DNA from: Lysobacterales bacterium
GTDB lineage: Bacteria > Pseudomonadota > Gammaproteobacteria > Xanthomonadales > SZUA-5
Reading direction: 5' to 3'
NCBI GenBank assembly: GCA_022844165.1
Contig: JALHMH010000002.1
Coordinates: 218,910 to 282,909 of the forward strand
Length of the DNA stretch: 64,000 nt
The translations under genes and the position numbers were made by a program. Positions 40,820 through 55,100 of the stretch are shown in pieces; within the stretch, counting starts at the first letter, position 1; the number at the start of each line of letters is the position of its first letter. Under the pieces are notes generated by a model. That model did not search any database and was not told where the DNA came from. It was given only the letters and a program-made list of their open reading frames with translations.

Positions 40820-42055
40820 ATGCTCCGCACCATTCCACACAATCAGCGCCTGAACGAGGTCCGCTACGACATTCGAGGCCCGCTGCACGCTCGTGCACTG
40901 GAGTTGGAGCAGCAGGGCCGATCGATCGTCCGGCTGAACATCGGCAATCCTGGGCGCTTCGGATTCGAGGCCCCCGCGCACGTACGCCAGGCGATCGCCG
41001 ATCATCTGCGGGACAGCGAAGCGTATTGCCACCAACAAGGCCTGGTCGAGGCGCGAGAGGCCATCGCCCAGGTGCACCGTCAGCGTGGCGTTGCGGCCGA
41101 TCTGCAGCAGGTGTACGTCGGCAACGGCGTGAGCGAGTTGATCGACTTGAGTTTGCGCGGACTGCTGAATTCAGGCGATGAAGTGTTGGTCCCCGCACCC
41201 GACTATCCGTTATGGACGGCTGCGGTGATCTTGAACGACGGTCAGCCGGTGCACTATCCATGTCCGCCGGAACGCCAGGGATTGCCCGATCCAGACGAAA
41301 TCGAGCGCTTGATCACACCGCGCACTCGCGCATTGGTCGTGATCAACCCAAACAACCCGAACGGCGCGGTGTATCCGCTGGCGTTGTTGCGTGCGATTGC
41401 CGCTATCGCCGAGCGTCATCGCCTGGTGGTGTTCAGCGACGAAATCTACGAGGGATTGCTGTACGACGATGCGCAGTTTCACCCGATGGCGCCTTTAGTG
41501 CAGGGCACGCTGTGCATGACCATGAGCGGGTTGTCGAAGATGCATCGCGCGTGCGGCTATCGGGTCGGGTGGATGACAGCAACTGGCCGCGTCACCGCCG
41601 CACGCGAGTACCTCAAGAGCCTTGATTTGTTGGCTGCGCTTCGGCTCTGCAGCAATGTGCAGGGTCAGTGGGCCATTCCGGCGGCGCTGCTCGGGCCCGA
41701 TACGCACACTGCGCTGTGTCGGCCCGGCGGGAGACTGTACGAAACGCGTGCGGCGCTGCTGCGCACAGTTGCACGTTCGCGTTTTCTCAGTGTCGTCGCG
41801 CCGCAGGGCGCGATGTACGGCTTTGTCGGGATCGACGAGGGGCAACTTGCGGAGTTCGACGATCAACAATTCGCACTCGACCTGTTGGAGCGAAAGCAAA
41901 TTCTGATCGTGCCGGGGTCTTCGTTCAACGTGCCTTACCGCAATCATTTTCGCATCACGTTGCTGCCAGAGGCGGCACTGATGGAGCGGGTGATCGTCGC
42001 CATCGACGAGTTCATCGCCGCGATCGCGGCGGGCGGGCGGCGGGCAGTCGCGTGA
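40820..42055 (+). CDS. PLP-dependent class I/II aminotransferase (AlaA-like)
   Basis: VRYDIRGP, LNIGNP, GNGVSELI, PDYPLW, INPNNP, SDEIY, GLSK..GYRVGW. Confidence 0.92.
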   Translation: MLRTIPHNQRLNEVRYDIRGPLHARALELEQQGRSIVRLNIGNPGRFGFEAPAHVRQAIADHLRDSEAYCHQQGLVEAREAIAQVHRQRGVAADLQQVYVGNGVSELIDLSLRGLLNSGDEVLVPAPDYPLWTAAVILNDGQPVHYPCPPERQGLPDPDEIERLITPRTRALVVINPNNPNGAVYPLALLRAIAAIAERHRLVVFSDEIYEGLLYDDAQFHPMAPLVQGTLCMTMSGLSKMHRACGYRVGWMTATGRVTAAREYLKSLDLLAALRLCSNVQGQWAIPAALLGPDTHTALCRPGGRLYETRAALLRTVARSRFLSVVAPQGAMYGFVGIDEGQLAEFDDQQFALDLLERKQILIVPGSSFNVPYRNHFRITLLPEAALMERVIVAIDEFIAAIAAGGRRAVA

Positions 42056-42753
42056 TACGCGCGCTGCTCGTGGCCGCGGTATCGGCCTCCCCCGCTGGCG
42101 CCGCGCAGTACCTCGCGTTGGGCGACTCGTACACCATCGGCGAGAGCGTTCCGCGAAGCGAAAGATGGCCGAATGTGCTCGCAAAGGAATTGCAACGCCA
42201 GGGCGTACCGATCGCCAGCGCAACCATTTTCGCCCGTACCGGCTGGACCACCGATGAGCTCATGGCAGCACTCGATGCATCTGAGGGCGGCGCGTCGATC
42301 ACGCTGGCCGATGGTGAGGTCGCGCCCGATGCTGCTCCACCGTATGCGCTTGTCAGCCTGCTGATCGGCGTCAACAACCAGTATCGCGGACGCGATGTGG
42401 CGAGCTTCGAGGGTGAATTCGCACGCGTGCTGGAGCGTGCCATCGCGTATGCCGGCGGCGACGCGGCGCGCGTCATCGTGCTGTCCATCCCCGATTGGGG
42501 CGTGACACCGTTTGCCCGCGAAAAGGGTCGCGACGCGGTCGCTGTTGGACGCGAAATTGATGCCTATAACGCAGCCAAACGCCGCATCAGCATCGAACGC
42601 GGTGCGGCTTTTGTCGACATCACACCACTGACGCGCGAAGCCGCAGTCGATCCCACACTGCTTGCGGACGATGGCCTGCACCCGTCCGGCGTCGATTACG
42701 CCCGCTGGGCGAACCGCGCACTCGAGCCCGCGCGCAAGGCACTCAAGCCCTGA
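42052..42753 (+). CDS. SGNH/GDSL hydrolase
   Basis: LALGDSYTIGE, TGWTT, IGVNNQYRG, DGLHPS. Confidence 0.92.
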   Translation: MIRALLVAAVSASPAGAAQYLALGDSYTIGESVPRSERWPNVLAKELQRQGVPIASATIFARTGWTTDELMAALDASEGGASITLADGEVAPDAAPPYALVSLLIGVNNQYRGRDVASFEGEFARVLERAIAYAGGDAARVIVLSIPDWGVTPFAREKGRDAVAVGREIDAYNAAKRRISIERGAAFVDITPLTREAAVDPTLLADDGLHPSGVDYARWANRALEPARKALKP

Positions 42754-42886
42754 TTCGGTCGACCAGACCAACTTTGGCAATTTCGCAGTTGCGACGCGCT
42801 GCCAGCGCCAGCGCGTCGTAGAGCTTGCGCGCGTCGCTTCGCTGCTCCATAACGGGGACTTCAAAGCCACTCGACCATCTGAACCG

Positions 42887-44326
42887 ATGACCGCAGCTCC
42901 TGACAAACGCGTGCAAGCGCCGGATACCTTGATCATTCTTGCGGTCATCACTTTGTTTGTAGCGCTGGCTGTGGCCCTTGTGCCGCCGGGCAAATTCACC
43001 AGCGTCCGCCAGTTTGAAGGCAGCAAACAAGTCAGTGTCGCGCTGCACAGCTATGAGATTGGTGGGGAGGCAAAGGGCATACCGCTGTTTGCCGAGGGCG
43101 GCAACGTTGGGCTGCTGAATCTGCCTTTCGAGGGTTTAGTGGCGGGCGACAAATTTGGCACGTCAGTAGGACTCGTTGCGTTCTTGCTGGTGCTTGGCGG
43201 CAGTTTTGGGTTGCTGATGTGCACCGGTGCGATCGATCGCACGCTGGTGGGATTTGTTTTTCGGTACCAACGCCAGGTCGTGATTCTGATTCCTGGCTTG
43301 TTCGTGCTGTTTTCGCTCGGCGGCGCCATTTTTGGCATGGGCGAGGAGACCATTCCCTTTGTGCTGCTTCTGGTGCCTGTTTTCGCTCGCCTGGGGTTGA
43401 ATGCGATCACTGTGGTGTTGACCACTTTTGTCGCAACTCAGATCGGATTCGCAACGAGTTGGATGAACCCTTTCAGCGTGATCGTTGCGCAGGGTGTTGC
43501 TGGATTGCCCCCGGTGTCGGGTGCGCCGTTTCGTGTTGCGATGTGGGCGATCTTCACCGTCATCGGTGCTGCATTGACGTTGAGCTACGCCATCAGCCAA
43601 AGACGCCGAGTTTCGCCCACTGCCGTCGACATGGCGCCGTTCGAGAAAGCCCATTGGGGCGACCATGGCGTCATGCTGGTGCTGACCGCAACGATGGCCT
43701 GGGTGATTTACGGCGTCACCCAACGCGGCTATTTTTTGCCGGAACTCGCCGCACAGTTTTTTGCGATGGGCCTCGTCGCCGGTGCCCTCGGATGGGCCTC
43801 GCAGCGCGGTCGTCTTTCGATCAACGATCTGGCCGAAGCCTTCAAGACCGGCGCGGCCCAGATGCTCCCGGTGGTGCTGGTTGTGGCGCTGGCAAAGTCC
43901 TTGCTCTTGCTGCTTGGCGGTACCGATCCCACGCAACCGACGGTGCTCAATACCTTGCTGTACCAGCTGGCGCATGCACTTGAAGGCGTTCCCGCCGCTC
44001 TCGCAGCGTGGCTGATGCTGCTGCTGCAATCGATGATCAACTTTTTAGTGCCATCCGGCTCCGGACAGGCGGCGCTGACCATGCCGATCATGGCGCCACT
44101 CGGCGACCTGCTGGGAGTTTCGCGGCAAGTCAGTGTATTGGCGTTTCAACTGGGCGATGGTTTGACGAACTTGATCATTCCGACCAGTGCCATGTTAATG
44201 GGCGTACTCGGTGCGGCGCGTATCGACTGGCTCACCTGGGCGCGCTTTTTTGCCGTCTGGATGGCGGCATTGCTGGCGCTGGCCAGCGTGTTTGTCCTGG
44301 CTGCGGTTTGGATTGGGTATGCGTAG
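42887..44326 (+). CDS. YfcC family transporter
   Basis: GAIFGMGEETI, SWMNPFSV..AQG, PSGSGQAALTMP, AFQLGDG. Confidence 0.9.
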   Translation: MTAAPDKRVQAPDTLIILAVITLFVALAVALVPPGKFTSVRQFEGSKQVSVALHSYEIGGEAKGIPLFAEGGNVGLLNLPFEGLVAGDKFGTSVGLVAFLLVLGGSFGLLMCTGAIDRTLVGFVFRYQRQVVILIPGLFVLFSLGGAIFGMGEETIPFVLLLVPVFARLGLNAITVVLTTFVATQIGFATSWMNPFSVIVAQGVAGLPPVSGAPFRVAMWAIFTVIGAALTLSYAISQRRRVSPTAVDMAPFEKAHWGDHGVMLVLTATMAWVIYGVTQRGYFLPELAAQFFAMGLVAGALGWASQRGRLSINDLAEAFKTGAAQMLPVVLVVALAKSLLLLLGGTDPTQPTVLNTLLYQLAHALEGVPAALAAWLMLLLQSMINFLVPSGSGQAALTMPIMAPLGDLLGVSRQVSVLAFQLGDGLTNLIIPTSAMLMGVLGAARIDWLTWARFFAVWMAALLALASVFVLAAVWIGYA

Positions 44327-44355
44327 GGAATCTCTCAACGCGCTATGCTCTGCCC

Positions 44356-44736
44356 ATGATCGATTTGCGCCAGTGGTTTCGTGGGGGCTTTGCGCGCCGC
44401 ATGTTCTTGCTGCTGGCGTTTGCTGCCCTGTGGGCAGGTGCTCTGCCACGCTGGCATGTACATGATCATGAGGGCGGCGCTTGGTCCCATCATCATCACG
44501 ATGACCACGATCACCATCGTCAGCCGCCAGCGCCGGATGTACTGAACGAAGGCGCTGGCGAGTTGCCGCACGACGAGCTGCACCTGCACGAATTCGCGGC
44601 CGCCTGGAGCGGACTACCCGCCGCCACAGCGCTGCCATCGATTCCGATTTATCGGCATTTGTTCGCGCCGCAACGTTCCTATGCCGCCCCACCTGAGGCG
44701 GGAAGCTTACCGCTGATCCGCCCTCCGATCGTCTGA
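44356..44736 (+). CDS. His-rich small exported protein (CzcI-like)
   Basis: Signal-like N-terminus, HVHDH..HHHHDDHDHH, C-terminal RPP motif; precedes czcC-like gene. Confidence 0.7.
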   Translation: MIDLRQWFRGGFARRMFLLLAFAALWAGALPRWHVHDHEGGAWSHHHHDDHDHHRQPPAPDVLNEGAGELPHDELHLHEFAAAWSGLPAATALPSIPIYRHLFAPQRSYAAPPEAGSLPLIRPPIV

Positions 44737-44820
44737 CCTTCCAAGGCGCCCGGTTGGGCGCGCGGGAAAACGCGAACACCCATGGGTTCGCGCGGATCGA
44801 CGTTGTTGCGGAGCAAACCG

Positions 44821-46041
44821 ATGAATCGAAGGATCAACGCGCTGGCATTCGCCAGTGCGCTGGCATGCACCTGCGTGCCGGCATTTGCAGAGACACTGAG
44901 CCGCCAGGACGCCGTGAGTCGTGCGCTGGCGGCGCACCCTCTGCTCGCCGCGAGCGCGGCACGGCGCGAGGCGCTGCTGCACAAAGCAGCGCTCGATGCG
45001 CTGCCCCCGCCGCTGCAAATTGGGCTGGATGTGGAGAACGCTATCGGCACTGGCGCCGTTTCGGGCCTGGGCGGAGCCGAAGCGACGCTGCGTACGGTGT
45101 ATACCCACGAGCGCGGCGGCAAGGCGCGGCTGCGCGGCGAACGGGGGGCGGCCATGGCAACCGTGGAAGGCGTGCGCGGCGATGCGTTGCGCGGCGAAAT
45201 GGCCTTGCGTGCTGCAAAACGCTATCTGGCGGTGCTGCAAGCGCAGGAGACCTTGCGGCTCAGGCGCGCTGAGTGGTCGACCGTACAAGCGCTGCAGGCC
45301 GATGTCGCCAGGCGTTCAGAACGCGGGGTGGCAACGCCCGCCGACGTTGCGCAGACCGAGATTGCGCTGGCCCGCGCGGCCATCGATTTGGAGCACAGCG
45401 AACACGAGCTTCGCAGCGCGCAGCGCGCGCTGGCTGCGCTTTGGTCTGGCAGTAGCGATATTGTGGCCAGCGAGGCACTGGAGCCCCTGCCGCCGCCGCC
45501 CGATGCGGATCGCGATGCCGAGCCGCTTGCTGTGCAAATGCTGGCAGCGCAGCGCGAAGTGCTTGATGCCGAACGGCGCCTCGCGGACAGCACGCAGACG
45601 GCGGATATCGAGTTCGGTCTGGGCGTACGCCGTTTGCAGGCGCTGCGCGATCAGGCGCTGGTATTCAGCGCCACATTGCCCCTGGGACAGGCGCCGCGCC
45701 GCACGCTGGAATACGCACGCATCGCCGCCGAAGAACAGGCGCTGGAAGCCCAATCGCAAGCATTGGCCGCGGAACGCGAGCAGCGCCTTTATGCGTTGCG
45801 GCAGGAGCTGGGCCAGGCGGCGCGCGAACACGCCGGCCTGGTCGAACGGCTGTTACCCAGTGCGGCACGCGCTGTTGAGCACCAGCAGCAGGCCTACGCC
45901 CGCGCTGCGGTGCCGCTTGCAGCGCTGCTACAGGCGCAACAACAACTTCAGCAGCTGCATGCCGCAAGACTGGCAGCGGCCTTGCGTTACCACCGATTGT
46001 TGATCGACATCGAGCGTCGCGTCATCGGAGACTTGCCATGA
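44821..46041 (+). CDS. czcC: TolC-family outer membrane factor (CzcC-like)
   Basis: Signal peptide, ERGGKARLR, helical OEP repeats; operon position. Confidence 0.8.
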   Translation: MNRRINALAFASALACTCVPAFAETLSRQDAVSRALAAHPLLAASAARREALLHKAALDALPPPLQIGLDVENAIGTGAVSGLGGAEATLRTVYTHERGGKARLRGERGAAMATVEGVRGDALRGEMALRAAKRYLAVLQAQETLRLRRAEWSTVQALQADVARRSERGVATPADVAQTEIALARAAIDLEHSEHELRSAQRALAALWSGSSDIVASEALEPLPPPPDADRDAEPLAVQMLAAQREVLDAERRLADSTQTADIEFGLGVRRLQALRDQALVFSATLPLGQAPRRTLEYARIAAEEQALEAQSQALAAEREQRLYALRQELGQAAREHAGLVERLLPSAARAVEHQQQAYARAAVPLAALLQAQQQLQQLHAARLAAALRYHRLLIDIERRVIGDLP

Positions 46042-47282
46042 GAATTTTCGGATCAATCAGCGCTCTCATCGTTCTGGTTGCGTGCCACCAGGACCACGAT
46101 CACCCTCATGGCCATGGGGTCGGTCATGATCATCAAACCCATGCCGTCGACGAACCGCAGCGCGGCCCGAACGGCGGGCGACTGCTACGCGAGGGCGACA
46201 TGGCCATCGAAGTGACGATCTTCGAAGACGGGGTGCCCCCGCAATACCGACTGTACGCCTACCGCGGCGACGAACCGATCGCAGCCAACGAGGTGAATGC
46301 GCGATTGCGCCTGATACGCCTGGATGGCGAGGTCAACGATTTCAGCTTTCGCCCCGATGGGCTGGCGCTGGTTGGCGACGGCGTGGTCACCGAACCGCAC
46401 TCGTTTGATGTCGAGGTCAGCGCAACGGTAGCCGGCAAAGCGCACCGTTGGACGTACGATTCCTACGAAGGTCGCGTCACCATACCGGCCGAAGTGGCGC
46501 GTGAGGCGGGCATCGAAACGGCCGTCGCCGGCCCGGCAACGATCCGCGAAACAGCGACGTTGCAAGGCCGCATCGCTGTTGACCCAAACCGCGTGGCGCG
46601 CGTGCGGGGCCACTATCCGGGCGCGATCGTCGAGGTCGCCGTGCTACAAGGCGATCGGGTGCACGCCGGGCAAACGCTGGCCAGCATCGAAAATCGCGAC
46701 AGTTTGCGCCGATATGTCGTGACCTCGCCGATCGCAGGCGTGGTGCGCGAGCGCAGGGCAAACGCCGGCGATGTAGCGGGCGAGCAAGTTTTGTTCGAGA
46801 TCGTCGATCCATCAGTGGTTTTTGCCGATCTTGCGGTGTTCGCCAACGACGTAGCGCGCATTTCGATCGGTCAGCCGCTGGAGGTGACCGATGCCCTGAC
46901 CGGCGTTACGCAAGCGGCGACCATCGACGCACTGTTGCCTGAGATCGATCCGCAGCGCCAGGCATTGATCGGCCGTGTGCGCATCGACAACGCCAGCGGC
47001 GATTGGCGCCCTGGCGCGGCCGTGAGCGCCGAGGTGCTGGTTGCGCAGCGCGATGTGGAACTTGCGGTCGAACGTCGTGCCCTGCAGTCGTTTCGCGACT
47101 TCACGGTGGTCTATGCGCAAGTCGAAGACACCTACGAGGTACGCATGCTGGAGCTCGGCGAGGGCGATGCAAAAAACGTCGAGGTCCTTGGTGGACTCAA
47201 GCCCGGTACGCGCTACGTCACGGCGCAGAGTTTCTTGATCAAAGCCGACATCGAAAAATCGGGGGCGAGCCATGATCATTAA
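46038..47282 (+). CDS. czcB: Heavy-metal RND periplasmic adaptor (CzcB-like), His-rich lipoprotein
   Basis: LVAC lipobox, His stretch, GPNGGRLL, SPIAG, IKADIEKSGASHDH. Confidence 0.87.
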   Translation: MRIFGSISALIVLVACHQDHDHPHGHGVGHDHQTHAVDEPQRGPNGGRLLREGDMAIEVTIFEDGVPPQYRLYAYRGDEPIAANEVNARLRLIRLDGEVNDFSFRPDGLALVGDGVVTEPHSFDVEVSATVAGKAHRWTYDSYEGRVTIPAEVAREAGIETAVAGPATIRETATLQGRIAVDPNRVARVRGHYPGAIVEVAVLQGDRVHAGQTLASIENRDSLRRYVVTSPIAGVVRERRANAGDVAGEQVLFEIVDPSVVFADLAVFANDVARISIGQPLEVTDALTGVTQAATIDALLPEIDPQRQALIGRVRIDNASGDWRPGAAVSAEVLVAQRDVELAVERRALQSFRDFTVVYAQVEDTYEVRMLELGEGDAKNVEVLGGLKPGTRYVTAQSFLIKADIEKSGASHDH

Positions 47283-47290
47283 CGCAGGCT

Positions 47291-50642
<3,352 letters not shown>

Positions 50643-50674
50643 CGCACGATCGGCGTCGATTCAGGGACCGACGA

Positions 50675-50915
50675 ATGGACTGGCTAATCGCCAAAGCGCT
50701 GAGCACGGCACTCCTCGTCGCCCTGGTGTCGGAGACCGCCCGTTGCTACGCGGATCCGGGCGGTCTCATTGCCGCGTTAGCGGTGATGATGTTGCTGGTC
50801 CTCATCTGGCTGCACATCGAAAAGCAGCCGATCGAACGTGTTGCCAACCACGCATGGTCACGTTCTGGTGCGTACTGCCAACCTTCCGATGTTCCTCGCC
50901 TTGCCATGGCGCAGC
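50675..50915 (+). pseudogene. DUF3147-like membrane protein pseudogene (two frameshifts)
   Basis: MDWLIAK..GGLIAAL..LIWLHIEKQ..ANHAW continues as VTFWCVLPT and then LPMFLALPW in two other frames. Confidence 0.72.
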
Positions 50916-51062
50916 GCGATGTGCTGCGCGTGTCGCTGGTTTCAGCCGGTTAGGGATCTCAGTTTCAGCCGGCTCTACCGGAGGTCCTCAACATTCGGAA
51001 TGTGCGACCGACGGCCGCTCGCCGCGCGTTCCTGCGTTGCCCACAGAGGGCTTCTGGCGTCG

Positions 51063-52169
51063 CTAACAACTCGCGGCGACGCAAGTGGCCGCGCCCGCCA
51101 CCGCTTCGCGCAGGACCTGCAGCTTTTCTCCGGCGGCGAGTCGCTCGCCGCCGCGGACGACAATTTCGTCGCCAGGACCGATGGCGCCGATGACGGCGAC
51201 GCGGTCGGCGACGCGGGTGCTGGGCGTGACATCGACGCGCCGTGCGATATCGCCGTCGACGCGCAGCACGTAGTAACCTTCGTCGCGTTGGATCAGAGCG
51301 TCGTCGGGCACCGTGATTGCGGCGATTGGGGCAGCGGATGGCCACGCGACGCGCACGCTCGCGCCGATCGGCGCGAGTTCATTCTTCAACGACAGGCGCG
51401 CTCGCAGTTGGCGCACATCGCTGCTGCCGGGCACCAGCGACTGCAACTCGGCATTAACGAACGTCGAACCTGACTCGACGCGCACCTGGGCGCCGACGGT
51501 GGTGCCAACCACCCAGTCGACCGGCACCGCAACATCGACTTCGGTGTCTCGCATATCGACCAATCGCACCACGCCCTCGCCACTTTGCACATATTCGCCG
51601 GGTTGTTTCAGCTCCGCGACGATCGTGCCCGAGAACGGTGCGCGCAGGGTGGATTCGCGCACGCGCAGCGCCGCGAGGTCAACTGCGACCTTTGCTTCGG
51701 TGATCTGTGCCGCAAGCACCTCGAAACGCGCCTGGGCTTCGTCGCGTTGCGCGGCGGGTACGGCATCGCGCATCGCATTCAGTCGATCGCGCTGGCGCGC
51801 GGCGAGTGCTTGTTCGGCTTTCAGGCGAGCCAGGCGCGCGCGTTCGGACGACAGTCCAAGTTCAAGTTCGGCAACATCCAGTTTGGCGATGGCATCGCCC
51901 CTGGCGACGCGTGTGCCGGTATCGCGCACCTCCATCAGCCGTGCCGCCAGCGGCGCGGCAAGAACCGACTCGCGTGCGGCGACGATGGTGCCAATCAACT
52001 CGCGCGTTGGCGCCAGCATTTCGGCGCGCGCGGTCGAGGTCACTACCGAGGGCGGCGTTTGTGCGCTGGCTGCGGCCATCGCGATCAGGCAGACGGCGCC
52101 GATCTGCGTTCGCAGGAAAATTGCCGCGCCGGAGCGAACAGCGCGCGTGTCGTCGTTCATGGCGTTCAT
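51063..52169 (-). CDS. RND efflux periplasmic adaptor subunit
   Basis: Lipoyl-like LRAPFSG, coiled-coil hairpin, VPDDAL, VVRGGERL. Confidence 0.88.
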   Translation of the reverse strand: MNAMNDDTRAVRSGAAIFLRTQIGAVCLIAMAAASAQTPPSVVTSTARAEMLAPTRELIGTIVAARESVLAAPLAARLMEVRDTGTRVARGDAIAKLDVAELELGLSSERARLARLKAEQALAARQRDRLNAMRDAVPAAQRDEAQARFEVLAAQITEAKVAVDLAALRVRESTLRAPFSGTIVAELKQPGEYVQSGEGVVRLVDMRDTEVDVAVPVDWVVGTTVGAQVRVESGSTFVNAELQSLVPGSSDVRQLRARLSLKNELAPIGASVRVAWPSAAPIAAITVPDDALIQRDEGYYVLRVDGDIARRVDVTPSTRVADRVAVIGAIGPGDEIVVRGGERLAAGEKLQVLREAVAGAATCVAASC

Positions 52170-55100
52170 AAAGAAGCTCCCAGAGGTTCTGCAGATTGAG
52201 TCAGTTGTGGATGGCGCTGCGGACGCGCCAGCATTCGCAACGCGGCCGGCACCAGCACGGCAACCAGCAGCAAGGACAACAGCACGCCGCCGCAGGTCAC
52301 TGCAGCCAACCCACGATAAATCGATGCTGCGGGGCCGGGGCTCACCGCGAGCGGCAGCGCGCCGACGACGCCAGTCAGCGCACCCAGCGCAAGCGGTCGC
52401 AAGCGTTCCGCCAGTGCAGCGTGGATGGCGCTGTCCAGGTCCGAGCCGCTCGCTTGATGGGCGCGCGTGGCTTCGACCAGCAACACGCCGTTGCTGACCA
52501 CCATTGCCAACAGCATGACAAAGCCGATCATGGTCAGGAGATCCAGCGGCTGCGGCGTAAACAGTCCGAGCAGGCGCAGGCCCAACACGCCACCCAGTGC
52601 CGCGAGTGGCAGCGTGGCGAGCACGATCAAGGTATCGTCTACGCGCCGCAGCAGTAGTAACAAGATGCAGACGAGGATCGTCAGGGCGAGCAATAAATTC
52701 TCCGCCAGCGAGCGCGTCAGCGCATCGAGCCGGCTGGCGCTGCCGGCCAGCTCGATGCTGACGTCACCCGGCAGATTCATACTCGGAATCAGTTCGGTTT
52801 GCAGCGCGCGCAACATGTCTTCCAGCGACTGCTCGGCGGGCGGATCGATGGTGACCGTGACGGCGCGCGAGAAGTTGACGCGGCGCAGTTCCGCCGGCAT
52901 CCGCTGGCGTTCGATCGACGCCAGTTCGCCAAGCGCCGCCGTGCCCATCGGTGTCGCGAGCGGGGCGGCAGCCAAGGTGTCGAGATCGGAGAATGCCGGC
53001 GCCGCAACGCGCATCGGCACGCGCCGTTCGCCATCGAAGTACTCGCCGATGAAACGTCCATCGCCGAGCACGCGCAGCGCATCGGCGAGCCAGGCTCGGG
53101 TGACACCACGCTCGGCGAGTGCGGCGTCGTTGGGCATCACGGCAATTTCCTGGCCGGCGTTGCCGGCATTCGGAATTTGCTGCACGCGAGCGCCGGGAAA
53201 TCGTTTGTTCAGTGACGTCTCCAGGGCATCCGCCGTGTCGCGTAAGGTGCTCAGGTCGCGGCCGCGCACGTGCATCCACACCGCGCGCGCCGAACCGCCC
53301 ATGCCACCGAACAGCTCGCCCTCGGATGCGAACGCACGCACATCGGGCAGACCGGCAAGCACCTTTTGATTGAGCAACGCTTCCAGCGCGCCGATCGTGG
53401 CGCCACCGGCCCAGGTGATGATGTAGTAGTTCAGGAGTTTCGGTTCCTGCACGCCGTCCATGTACGGTTGCAGGCGCGTCAGGATCGGCTGCACGACTTC
53501 TTGCTCCAGGCGCTCTGCGCCCATGCCGGGTGGCGTCTGAATGAAGGCGTCGACAGCAGCACGTTTGACCGGTGGCAGATAGTCGCGTTGCGGTGCGAGC
53601 CACGCGGCGGCCATCAGCGGCAACACGCTCAGCAGCACCGCCCACGTGCGCGCTCGAGCGGGTGTCGCGGACAGCGTCGACAAGCGTGTGGCGAGACCAC
53701 TCCAGCGTGCGTCGGGGACGTTCTGGCGCAGCACCATCGGCAGCAACGCAGGCACGATCCATAGCGCAACGCCGAGCGATACCGTCACCGCCACGGCAAT
53801 GGTCAGTGCAAGATCGGCGAAGACTTGACCCTCGACATCCTTCAGTGTCAGCACCGGAATGAAGACCGCGACGGTTGTTGCCGTTGCTGCGATCAGCGCA
53901 CCACGGACACGCGTCGTGGCGAGCGCGGCCGCATCCAGCCACGATCGGCCGGTGGCTCGCTGCTGCATGGCCGCTTCGACGACAACAATCGCCGCATCCA
54001 TGACCATGCCGATCGCGAAGGCGAGACCGGCGATGGAGATGATGTTTAAACTGCGGCCGAGTGCGGCCAGCAGCAGGGTCGTCGCCAGCAGCGATACCGG
54101 CACCGCCACGGCGATCAACAACGTCGCACGCAGATCGCGCAAGAAAAAGTACAAACATGCCAGCGCGGCGAGCAGGCCTAAGCCCAGATTCCCGAGCAAG
54201 AAGCCCACCGCGCGACGGATGAAGATGCCTGGTTCGAAGGACTTGCGCACGTCCAGGCCCGCCGGGCCAAGCACGCTGCTCTTGAGCGTTTCGATCTCTG
54301 CGTCGAGTGCGTCTATGGTGGCCAGGACATTGCTTCCGGGTTCGCGAAACAACTGCACCGATAGCGCTGGATTGCCGTTCTGGTAGCTGAATCCGATTCG
54401 ATCCGGTCGCTGGAAACGCGCTTGTCCGATTTCCGATAAGCGCACGATCCGGCCATCGATCCGACCGACCGGTATCGAATCCAGGGCATTTGGCTCGAAG
54501 CGGCCGTGCAGGCGGATCGCGTAGGCGGTGCGGACCAATTCCACCGCCCCGGCGGACACATCGTCGAGCGCACTCAGACTCTGCACCAGGGCCGGCAGCT
54601 CGATACCAAGTGCGGCCATGCGCACAGGATCGATTTCGATCCGCAGTTCGCGATCCGGTCCCGAGTTGATGCGCGCCCTGGCCACGCCGGGAATCCGTTC
54701 CAGGCGCGGCAGCATCTCGCGCTGCAGCAATGGCTGGTAGTTTTCGACCGGCCCTGGGTGGCCGGGCAACAGCTGCACGAAGTAATAGAGCAGCGTGCGT
54801 TCCGGGCCATCGCTGCCGCGATTGATGGTTGGCGGCGTGGCATCGCGCGGCAGCGCCGGGACGCGCTGCAGGCGGCCAACAACGTCGATGAACACGGGAT
54901 CGAGGTCGGTCCCCGGCGCAAACGTCAGCTCAATCCAGGAGTTGCCGGCGCTGGCGTTGGCGGCAATGTCCTGCAGGCCCTCGATGCCGCGCATCGCCGT
55001 CTCTTGCGGCTCGGTGATGGCGCGCTCGACTTCCGCTGCCGCGGCGCCGGGCCAACCGGTATTGATCGATATCACCGGCGCCTCGACATCGGGCAGGAGC

